Part shown: positions 53,193-64,000 of the stretch, one piece after another
How the letters are laid out: each line of letters opens with the position of its first letter
Position numbering within the stretch: position 1 is the stretch's first letter
NCBI RefSeq assembly: GCF_006345805.1
Contig: NC_043003.1
Location: 40,362,001 to 40,426,000 of the forward strand
Direction: 5' to 3'
From: Octopus sinensis
Taxonomy: Eukaryota
DNA: 64,000 bases
Notes under the pieces: model-generated
What the model saw: the letters and a program-made list of their open reading frames with translations, nothing else
Databases searched by the model: none
Told to the model about the DNA's origin: nothing
Made by a program: the position numbers and the translations under genes

Positions 53193-53449
53193 CACCACAC
53201 ACACAACACACACACACATGCAGATACATGCAGACACATAATATATATAAACTTACAATCACACACACATACACATATACACACACACGCAGACACGCAC
53301 AGACACAATATATATATATATATAGGAACATACACACTCGCGCGCACACGCATACACGTAGACACACGCAGACACATAATATATATATAACATACGCACA
53401 CATACACACAGACACACACATATATATATATATAAGAGAGAGAGAGAAA

Positions 53450-53496
<47 letters not shown>

Positions 53497-54173
53497 CAAC
53501 AGGGGAGAGAGAAAGAGAACAGAATGAGACAAGGAGTAGATACATACGTACGTACACGCATACATATATACATACGAAAATACATACACACGTATCGTTT
53601 GTGAAAATGCCCAAGCATTCAATTCTGTGATCGACACACACACACACACACACACACAAATGGTTTTGTATCGTACAGGTAGTAATATTATGGCGAGACG
53701 AGACAAAAACCCAGTTTGAATCGTCGCTTGTAACCAACGACCATTTCTACTCGCCCGTTGTGTTATTGATGCCTTTTAACACGAATTTATAGTATAATTG
53801 TAGGAATTGATTCGCTCAATTACTACGGAACCAACGAATGGAAATAACGGTCCGAATACCATCAAAATACAAAAGTCACACTTCATAATTATTTTAGACT
53901 TTCTCGTAAAGTAATGAATATAATCAGTTAACTCGACCGGATTACATTACTGTTGCACACACGCACATGCTCACATACGCACACACACAGGCACACACAC
54001 ACATCATACATACTTTTATGAATAGATACACAAACATACAGGTGCAAGGATCGAATCCACATAAGTACGTATTTATAAGTGTGGAAGTTCATTCTACCGG
54101 TCGATTGTTTTAAAAACTCTATTTTACTGGCGTGTAAACAAATCAAAGTCTGTTGTGAAGTGAGGACAATCAA

Positions 54174-54235
<62 letters not shown>

Positions 54236-54420
54236 ACATGCAGATACATGCAGACACATGATATATATAAACTTACAATCACACACACATACACATATAC
54301 ACACACACGCAGATACGCACAGACACAATATATATATAGGAACATACACACTCGCGCGCACACGCATACACGTAGACACACGCTGACACATAATATATAT
54401 ATAAACATACGCACACAGAC
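52350..54420 (+). repeat. Tandem duplication of a ~1.04-kb unit
   Basis: Unique anchors recur about 1035-1037 nt apart: gattacaacagggg at about 52456 and 53491, and tctattttactggcgtg at 53081 and 54118. Confidence 0.92.
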
Positions 54421-54544
54421 ACACAGACGCACCTATATATAATCAGATATACATATGCATACATATATTCATACACACACACATGAGCAGACAACCCCAC
54501 ACACGAAAACACACACACACACATAAGAAGAAGGTCGAGCATGA

Positions 54545-55495
54545 TACACACTCTTGGTTCTGGAATTTATTAAAACAAAAGCAAGTGTCGGAAAATTACA
54601 TCATTTTCACCTTACTTTTCGAGACACTTCATGCAACAGTCCACAACCTCACGTACTTCCTCGGAGAAGAAGGTAGTGCAGCCATTTATGAACCACTTCC
54701 TGTACGTCTACGTTCGTATTAATTCGTAAAGGATGTTTGAGCTGTCCAAAGGGGTGATAGTCTGATAAAGCGAGATCAGGATTGTATGCAGGGTGTTCCA
54801 GAAATTCGAAACACAATTTTTCACTGGTTTCATCTATGTGGGCATGCATTGTTATGCAACAATAAGATGTGATTTGACAATAGACCTCAGCGTTTGATGC
54901 AAATTGCTGATTTCGGTTTGTTGGTCAGCGTTTCACTGTAGCCTACACTGGTGTTCATAGGCCCCTTTTCTGGGTAATGTTCCAGTATAGACCCCCTTTG
55001 CGTCCCCTGAAACAGTTAGCATCACTTTTTCTGCTGAAGCATCGACTTCATCGTTGTAACAATCGAATAAGATTTAGCAGATTTCAACATGATTGTGCTT
55101 ATGCGCTTCGGTAAGCCCTCTTGGTACCAATCTTGCACAGACTTAATGGAAGCGAAGCTTGTCGGGGACCATTTCGGGTGCAGAAGCACGACTAATTTGT
55201 AGATAACAAGGCACCTCATCGATGGTCATTTGTCGGTTCACCAGGACCATCTCTCGAATTTGTTGAATCTTCACATCAATGGTGGAGGTTGATGACCGTC
55301 TCATTCCCTCTTCGTGCTTCACGGTTGTCCGGTCATTTTTAAACTTCCCTATCCACTCATACACACTTATTCGCGGTAGAGCGCTGTCCCCTTATGGTAC
55401 TGAAGGCTTGCAATGAATTTCAGCCCTTGAAACACCTTCAGACCAGATAAATCGGATTACTGATCTCTGTTCTTCTTTGGTGCACACTGCAAGTG
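54545..55495 (-). mobile_element. Degenerate mariner (D,D34D) transposase with an internal deletion
   Basis: Minus strand gives LAVCTKEEQRSVIRFIWSEG...YEWIGKFKNDR...KICARLVPRGLT...SAEKVMLTV...LLLHNNACPH...HPAYNPDLALSDYHPF (WVPxxL-like and YSPDLAPxD motifs). The segment with the first catalytic D is missing. Confidence 0.88.
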
Positions 55496-55521
55496 TGTGT
55501 ATTTATGTGTGTGTGTGTGTG

Positions 55522-55554
<33 letters not shown>

Positions 55555-55573
55555 TGTGTATGTGTGTATGTGT

Positions 55574-55616
<43 letters not shown>

Positions 55617-56135
55617 TGTGTGTTTGATAGACTGTGCAAGAGTTTAAACGATTTATTTAAAGATTTTTTTCATATTTTCTTAGTCATTTACGATAATGGA
55701 ATAGTAGATGGCCATGGGTCATAGAAATAGTGTTGCAACTGATGAAGCTGACACAGCTTTATTGTCTAAAATGGTTTTCAAATGGTAGCTGTATCTTTAC
55801 GTTGATTTTTGCCTTGTTTTTGGCCATTAATAAAGCTTCGTAGCTAATCTTCTCTTCTTTGTGCGTGGGCATCTCTATAGGATCATAGTGTTGTCACGTT
55901 ATACGTTTTCTGTCTAGTTGATTTTATTGTTCTGTTTAGTAATATTCTGTAATGGGTTCTAGTAAATGCATGATTAGACGTCGACGACGACGATAACGAC
56001 GAGATGCCATTGTTCTGTGTTACCTTGGTTGTCTGAAATCCGTCGTTCTGTGGCTTACATATTTGATGGTTTGTGTTTATGAGGAGGTTATCAATTCTAA
56101 TGTTTTTGTGATATATGTATGTATGTATGTATGTA

Positions 56136-56523
56136 TTGTCTTCCTTTGATGCTGACATGCAATGTCTGTGCAAGACCCTGCCTCAGTAAAGCTGGACTCA
56201 AGAGTCATCTTCGTAGTCATAAAGCGAGATAGATGATTGACAACCTGGCCACTGGTGGTGGTGTAGCACACCATACTAATCATATCTGTCGGGCATGTGG
56301 AAGAGAGTGTAATTCGGCAGGAGGACTTAAACGACATGCAAAGGTACATGAAGCCCAGTTACAACTACAGCCGGCTATTACCGGTAAAGGTATTAGTTGC
56401 CAATTCTGTAAAAGACATTGTAGATTTTTAACTGGGCTAAAAAGTCACATTCGATCACAGCACCAGAAACAGTTAAGCTTCGTGCAATGGCCATACTCGA
56501 TAACGAGGGGGCAGCCATCATAA
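56136..56523 (+). mobile_element. 5'-truncated RTE-like LINE 3' end encoding three tandem C2H2 zinc fingers
   Basis: One frame from 56152 gives CNVCARPCLSKAGLKSHLRSH, *, CRACGRECNSAGGLKRHAKVH and CQFCKRHCRFLTGLKSHIRSQH. The RTE-like 3' end ggccatactcgataacgagggggcagcc follows, and (TATG)n lies on both flanks. Confidence 0.7.
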
Positions 56524-56944
56524 TGTATGTATGTATGTATGTATGTATGTATGTATGTATGTATGTATGTATTATGTATGTATGTATGTATGTATGTATG
56601 TGCATGTATGTGTATGTGTGTACGTATATATATATAATAAATATATATACGCAGATATCTATACACACACACACATACACACACATATGAAATTTTTAGG
56701 ACTAATAGGCCGTAGCCAAAATACCGTAGGCAAGAACAACATGCATAGCACAACTCAGTATATCTAGCGGGAGATTCCCTTCTTAATGCCTGTACCTGAT
56801 GTGACACAAACTGCACAGATTGATGCAGCACAATTAGATACACAATATCTTACCCATAACGGACAGTTCCAGGATGGATCGAAACGATCGTCGTACTGAA
56901 TAAAGACTACCTTCCGTTTCCGTCATCAATTATATATATATATA

Positions 56945-57326
56945 CTAGCAGTATCGCCCGGCGTTGCTCAGATTTGTAAGGGAAAGAACTATAAAGCATT
57001 TTTAGAGAGTTATAGTGCCAAAAAATAGCAAAAAAATGGAAAAAAAATGATGGTAATTTTTTTTTGAGAGTTAAAACAGGTGGATTTGCGTCCCTAGACG
57101 TCTGTGGTTTGGGTTTCTCATTCTTTCTCGCCCCATGTCGAATTTATCGATTTTTTTCAGAACTGGGGGACTTTTCAAAATTTTCGCTGCGTTAGTTTTG
57201 AATTATGACATTGGCTATGTGTGTGTCAAGTTTCATCAGAATCGGTTGAAAGCCGTGGTCAGGGTGAGGTACGAGAAAACAGACACACAGAAACAACGCA
57301 CAGACAAACTGCCGTTTATATATAGA
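56945..57326 (-). mobile_element. Non-autonomous Helitron B, second copy
   Basis: Highly similar to 44952-45321, with intact TC and CTAG ends inserted in an (AT)n tract. Confidence 0.78.
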
Positions 57327-57329
57327 TAT

Positions 57330-57374
<45 letters not shown>

Positions 57375-57559
57375 CATGTACACACACACACATGTATACA
57401 TACATACATACATACATAATTGCTACACAGTGGCTGTGTGGTAAATAGCTTGCTTCCGGTTCCGGTCGTTAGTGTTCTTCACTCTACCATTGAAGTCACC
57501 ATGCTGGTGTGCAGCGGACCTATGTTGTATTGAAAGACGCTCTACTGTAAGGTAAGACC

Positions 57560-58028
57560 ATTTTTGAGTCTAGTGAGAATTCGTTGTTTGTGCGATTTAT
57601 TTTTTGTACAGGTAAGGAGTCCTCACTGGATTCTGATCTTTTGGTCTGCCTGCGGTAGAGACGTGTATTTTTCTCACTTAGAGAACGACCTGTTCAGGAT
57701 AATGGATTGCAGGTTACGTTGAACTGCTAATTCCCAGTATATCGAGGAATAGACAATTTTTATGGCCATTTGGCATTTATTCAGTGGATTATTACATTGG
57801 ATTTACCCATTGTTATTATTTGGCCTTTGTAGGTATTGTTGAGCTGCGCCCCTCCCCCAACGTTTTTTGTGTTTCTTGCTAATTCATATCGACAGAAATG
57901 TCGATAGAGATAATTAGAGAAAAATGGTCTCTGGAAGAAAGCGAGGATTTGGAGGCTAACCAGCGGCCCCACAAAGTTACCAAGGCTTCGAGGCAGTCGC
58001 CGCTGTAAAATAATATATATATATATAT

Positions 58029-58106
<78 letters not shown>

Positions 58107-58337
58107 TATTATATCTGTAAATGTAATATGTGACAATTATTCGGTAGCCAAGATAAAACTCTGAGTTTTGATGCCGAGGTGGAAATCCTCACCACCATCT
58201 CTTCAGTTATCCGGCCATCGGAAAAAAAATATATTTGGGGCTACCGAATAATTGTCACATATTACATTTACAGATAAATTCCTCTATTACATAATATTGA
58301 GGTCTCTTTCTTTCTTTGTTATCTTATCGTTTTTACC

Positions 58338-58374
<37 letters not shown>

Positions 58375-58392
58375 TATATACATTTATATATA

Positions 58393-58436
<44 letters not shown>

Positions 58437-58720
58437 TAATAAATATTAGGGAATAAATCCAAACTTACAGGAAAAACAGATTTAAGATTGAATCCAATTT
58501 ATAGTAAAATATTATATTATACAAATTAGAGACAAAACCACTATTATGCAAATCAAACAAAGAAAGACTTAATCCAATACATCTAGAGGTTATTGGAATA
58601 TCCTTCAATGATGAATTCTAAAATAGCGGTTCTATCTTACCTGTAAATTCCATAATTTACGAAGTTGAGGTATTACACTCAATATACGCAATTTATCAAT
58701 ATATTAATTAATAATAAATG
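57560..58720 (-). mobile_element. Fragmented Penelope-like element relics
   Basis: Minus strand near 57740-57800 gives CNNPLNKCQMAIKIVY, resembling the Cys-rich/IVY start of the PLE GIY-YIG region. The interval also contains the inverted-repeat-flanked hammerhead-like motif at 58113-58275. Confidence 0.35.
58113..58275 (-). repeat. Perfect 37-bp inverted repeats enclosing a hammerhead-like motif
   Basis: ATCTGTAAATGTAATATGTGACAATTATTCGGTAGCC at 58113-58149 and its reverse complement at 58239-58275. Confidence 0.9.
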
Positions 58721-58722
58721 TA

Positions 58723-58787
<65 letters not shown>

Positions 58788-59613
58788 CATATACAATATA
58801 TCGTGATGCATGTTATATTGTGTTTCATGTGTACTTTTTTTAACCAATGCAGATATTCTCTATAAATTTGGAGGATTTTCGCATCTATGTGATTAGTCTG
58901 CTTTTCAGTGTGTGTTGTAGCTTTTAGATTTGTCTGAGATAAATTTAGTTTTGCATTAATTTACGGTTTAGTTACAACATTATAACTTAATACAATGCAA
59001 TACACGAAATAAACAAGATAAAAGCTGCTGTTATCACAACTTACGTACAATAGGATCCTAGAAATAAAAGCAAGGAAGCAAAGTAACAGCAACTAAAAGA
59101 TTAAGCATGGGATCTTAATATCAAAATACAAACAGTAAGCATGCAGGTGCAATAACTGTCGAGTAATCTATGAAAATATGCTGAAGCTAACTGTTAAAAA
59201 ACTTGACTTCTAGCAATGATGATTTTATCAAAAACAATATCATTTCCAACATCCTTGGCATCTTCAACGAAAATGCGACAGTAATATGGTCACTATCGCC
59301 CACTCTTCCTGTAAAAGGTGAAACGGAGAAGGGTTAGAAACGTGAATGGATTTAAGAATGTTGTTCTAAGCTTGGCATGGGCAACGTTATTCAAGATGCA
59401 GTCTGCATTGAAGAAACAATCAAGGTTAATTTTCGCTAAGTGTGCCATTGAGAAAGCTCTACTGGCTCGCAGTTTGTCTATGGCCGTTCGAAACTAACCA
59501 GAAATAAGAAAAATACTAAAACAAGTCGTTGAAGTAACCAAAAGATTAAATATTAATTCAGTTCCAAAGAAAAGCAATCTCTTCAAATGCTCATAGAAAC
59601 ATACACACACACG

Positions 59614-59649
<36 letters not shown>

Positions 59650-60544
59650 CTTACATACATACATACATTCGTACGTACGTACACGCGCGCATACACACAC
59701 ACACACGTACTACATGAGTGTGTGTATGCATGTAGGTGAGTATGTGTGTGTATATATATATATTTGTGTATGTATGTGTGTGCTATATATATATATATAT
59801 ATATATAGAGTGGGGGAGAAGTCACAAAAACAGAAGACGTAGACAACAAAACAACAAACAGATGTATTAATTTAACGCTCGGGAAGTGAAAACGTCTTTA
59901 ACGTTTCGAACCTACGCTCTTCCACAGAAAGAAACAAGGGGAGAAAATAGAGAATGTGTAGTGGCTAGCGATCTATATATATAGTAAGTCTAATACTTAT
60001 TCTATCTGTGCTTTTTGCCGAACCGCTAAGATATGGGAATGTAAACATACCAATATTGGTTGTCAAATAATGGAGCTGGGGAGAGACACAAAGACACACA
60101 CACACACACACATGTATATATACGACAGGCTTCTTTCAGTTTCCGTCTACCAAATCAAATAACACGGCTTTGGTCGGCCCGTGGCTATAGCAGAAGACAC
60201 TTGCCCAGAACCATGTGGTTGGGAAGCAAGCTTTTTACCACACAATCACGCCTTCGCCTACATATAGTTATTTATAGTATTGATTTCACTGGGACATCAG
60301 GTTTCGCTATTAACTAGATTTATCTAGGGGAAAACCTGAAGTACTTATGAAAGAAATCTCACTGTATTTTTTGTACAAAGTATCACCACCAGTAAATTCA
60401 TTTATTGCTTTCATGTTATTGAACCTGCGGTTTATTAATTTTTTTTTGTTCCCTGGATGGTAAAATATAATGTCATTTAAGTTTTGGAATTCATACACCT
60501 GACTTATTTCTCGCCAAAAATTTGAGTTCCTCTATCGATTAGTA

Positions 60545-60785
60545 ATTATTATAGGCACAAGGCCTGAAATTTGGTAGGAGGGGACTTGTCGAGTACATCG
60601 ACCCCGAATTTCACTGGTACTTTATTTATCGACACCGAAAGGATGAAAGGCAAAGTCAACCTCACCTCGGCGGAATTCGAACTCAGAACATAGCGACGGG
60701 CGAAATACAGCTAAGCATTTCGCCCAGTGTGCTAACGACTCTGCCAGATAGCCGCCTGTTAACGACTCTCCCAGCTAGCCGCCTA
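60545..60785 (-). mobile_element. Family A SINE with a short duplication of its 5' end
   Basis: Family A motifs; taacgactct(g/c)ccag(a/c)tagccgcct is repeated at about 60733-60783. Confidence 0.8.
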
Positions 60786-61104
60786 TATTAACGACACATT
60801 AGAAGATTGTTTCTAGCGGATTTTGTTGACCTTTTCACTATTTTCGTAATGTTCCTTTACATTCTTATTTGAAATCCCATTGAGTTCAGTTTAGATTTTA
60901 ATTCTGCTGGAGCAGGATCGGTTGAGTGAGTATACTTGAGTGTATATAATCGATTATACATCATTGCTTTAAAATTCTAGTATTAAAGCTTTTGCTGGCA
61001 ATTAATATAAATATTAATAATGAAGAAATATAGATTCAAGGTAAATGAGAGAGTGCTGCACCTAAATGCATTTCATCATCTTACTATTTACCTCACGTAC
61101 TTAA

Positions 61105-61186
<82 letters not shown>

Positions 61187-61434
61187 ATCTATCTATCTAC
61201 CTCTGTGACGGGTTATCCTTGACTTTTTCTATCTCAAAGGGATTTTCAACCCCATAGTTAAATGTCATTATTTACAGCATTTATATTTATATGTGTATAC
61301 GCATTGTCATACAAATTTAATACATATAATTTGTGTACATTAACGAAAATACGTGTGTATGATGTATGTATGCATGCATGCATGTATGTTTGTGTATATA
61401 TATATATACATACATACACACACACCACACACAC

Positions 61435-61470
<36 letters not shown>

Positions 61471-61487
61471 TCACATATATATATATA

Positions 61488-61584
<97 letters not shown>

Positions 61585-62286
61585 ATATAAGCATTGAGCA
61601 TGAGAATATTTTAATATACATCTGCCTGACTAATATGGAAATATTTTATATCGGTAAATGAAGACATACTGAACAAATGTAGGCTGTCAGCAAAGAACGC
61701 CTTTAAAACTGTCTCAGTGAAGTTCACCATTTTGGAGCTGTAAAGAGATGTGACCTGGAGGTTAGCAAGGAAACAAGACATTGCAAAGAATTCATGGCTG
61801 CAATAAGTTCTGCAAATAATGGTACTGCTGACATTCGTTGATATTTATCGGTTACGGTTCATTAGCAGAGCCGTACAGTAGATGACTGCGGAAGTTGTTA
61901 AAAAGTTTTACACTGTAAACCCTTACGTTTCACGCATTCCTTTTCAATATGGGATATAAAAGATTTAGTAGAGTTGTCCTGAATTATAATCTAGAATGTT
62001 CGATAGAGAGGGCTAAGGAAACGTGGCTGAAAGGTGAAAGGAACGGAAGAGGAGGAGAGGAGAAGGAAGGTGTGCAATAAGATTTGTGTTCATTATACCG
62101 CCTTCCTGAATTTAGTTATGTGTATGCTTGTCTGTGAATGTGCATATGTGTTTTTGTGTGAAGACATAGTATGTGTGAATGCAAGTGCTTGTAGGGTGCA
62201 TTTAGTCACTCTGAGCGTCATTTAAGACATCAATATGATAGATTCCTTAAAGATTCGCTTCAGCTGAGACGTAACATCAAATTTGG

Positions 62287-62388
<102 letters not shown>

Positions 62389-62472
62389 GCCTGTGTGTCT
62401 TTCTGATGTCCGCCTGTCTCTCTGTCACCTACCTACCTACAATGCAATCACTGCATTGCCATTGTCCAGCAT

Positions 62473-62523
<51 letters not shown>

Positions 62524-62799
62524 CACCACTACCCCCTATGGCTACATCTTAAATCGACATCATCTCTCTGCACTTCAATACATTCACATAGTATCACCTC
62601 TCACCACCTACAAACCTATCAAAACCACCATAACTACCACGATTCTCCACTAACATTTAACAACCGCCGCCGCCACCACCACCACCACCACTATAGCATG
62701 CGTCATCACACTATTATATACCACAACCGCAATTTTTGGCATTCCACAACATAGTCGAAACACTGAAACCTGCATCCCTTAATATTGATTTAATATTGA

Positions 62800-63000
62800 T
62801 TTCATATTTTGGCACAAGGCCAGCAATTTCAGGGGAGGAGTAAGTCGATTAGATTGACCCCAGTACACAACTGGTACTTATTTTATCAATGTCAAAAGGA
62901 TGAAAGGCAAAGTTGACTCTGGTGGCATTTGAACCCGGAACACAAAGACGTGTGCTCATGAGATGTTAAAAAAAAATCTTGCACATGCAAGTGCTACCAG
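62800..63000 (-). mobile_element. Family A SINE (diverged)
   Basis: Family A motifs. Confidence 0.75.
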
Positions 63001-63009
63001 TCGAAAGCT

Positions 63010-63540
63010 GCGCATACCGGAAGCCAACAAGTGTATGGCGTCATCAGGGGAGAATGCGCGCCGTTTCGGAACCTGTCTCTCGACGGTATCATTGCGTACC
63101 GGCTCACTCCTCACTGTTATAAGGTCCCGCTTGCTAGATTACCTGGTTATCAAATAAAGCTCAATAGCCATCGCTCATCGACTCATTTTAACCAAATCCA
63201 GTGGCTAGCCTTTTCCATTGTGGTTTGGATATTGTTCATGGTGGTATTCACTTTACAATGAGTTAGGCCTAACGATAACAACGGTCGCCTCACACTGTGT
63301 CCAACAAATTCTCTACATCCGACTTCGATTGGAAAGTGCCCTGTTTTCCAGCCTGCGTCTTCACATTCCTCGAGCAGGTTTACATAACAGTCAATCTTAC
63401 GAGCCCGAGCGGCGTCCATGTTGTCTTCATGAGGAACCGTTAACACGACTAGATTCACCACTTTCACGCCACATTATAATATCCTGCTAGCTCGCCAACC
63501 TAAACTGTTCTGTAATATTAATGTCTAAACTAAGTTGGCG
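63010..63540 (-). mobile_element. HERO-clade (RLE-encoding) LINE 3' fragment with 3' UTR
   Basis: Minus strand gives QDIIMW, then VVLTVPHEDNMDAARARKIDCYVNLLEECEDAGWKTGHFPIEVGCREFVG...MEKASHWIWLK. This matches the HERO-type C-terminus (ELTVPWE, PIEVGCRGF, ASRWLW). Confidence 0.85.
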
Positions 63541-63639
63541 AAGGTTGGTTTGATACCCTGAAAGAGTGCATGGTCTCAGAATTTTAGTGATTACAGACCT
63601 GCTGGATCAGAATTTCCCTGGCCAAACAACAACAATAAC

Positions 63640-64000
63640 GGTTTCAAATTTTACTACAAGAGCAGCAATTTTGGGTGAGGGGATTAAGTCGATTACATCG
63701 ACCCCAGTGCATAACTGGTACTTATTTAACCGACCACGAAAGGATGAAAGAAAAAGTCGACCTTGGCGGAATTCGAAATCAGAACGTATCGTCGGGCGAA
63801 ACACCTGTTTCTTTATTACCCCACGAGGGGCTAAATATAGAGGGGACAAACAAGGACAGACAAATGGATTAAGTCGATTACATCGACCCCAGTGCGTAAC
63901 TGGCACTTAATTTATCGACCTCGAATGGATGAAAGGCAAAGTCGACCTCGGCGGAATTTGAACTCAGAACGTAACGCAGACGAAATACCTATTTCTTTAC
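63640..64000 (-). mobile_element. Family A SINE multimer running off the window end
   Basis: Two core units separated by the CCCAC(G)AGGGGGCTAAA module. Confidence 0.85.

Noticed and set aside
61669-61736. Possible minus-strand exon SKMVNFTETVLKAFFADSLHLF with good acceptor and donor
   Set aside because: It is short and unrecognised, and overlapping open frames exist on both strands. Worth checking in RNA-seq but not supportable here.

Overview
This is AT-rich, microsatellite-saturated animal genomic DNA with no confidently supportable host gene. The repeat families (three tRNA-derived SINE types, RTE, CR1, Tx1, R4/Dong-like and HERO LINE pieces, Penelope-like termini) and the microsatellite density point to a cephalopod, most likely Octopus; that assignment is my inference. 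Nearly all ORFs in the supplied track are translations of simple repeats. The real coding remnants all come from transposons: a near-full-length Tx1/L1-clade LINE (about 22.2-27.9 kb), R4/Dong-like endonuclease fragments (3.4-5.3 kb, 32.2-33.2 kb), RTE 3' ends (0.4-0.66 kb, and 56.1-56.5 kb with three C2H2 fingers), a CR1 3' end, a HERO 3' end, a hAT C-terminus and a deleted mariner. There are also non-autonomous Helitrons, MITEs, a 247-bp fold-back element, a ~1.04-kb tandem duplication and one 100-N gap. The most interesting unexplained structure is RNA-level: several minimal hammerhead-ribozyme-like motifs and a candidate non-circularly permuted hammerhead in the HERO 3' UTR. Also notable are apparent microsatellite targeting by LINEs, an inverted ~98%-identical copy of a composite SINE array 13 kb from its partner, and a perfect head-to-tail Helitron junction.
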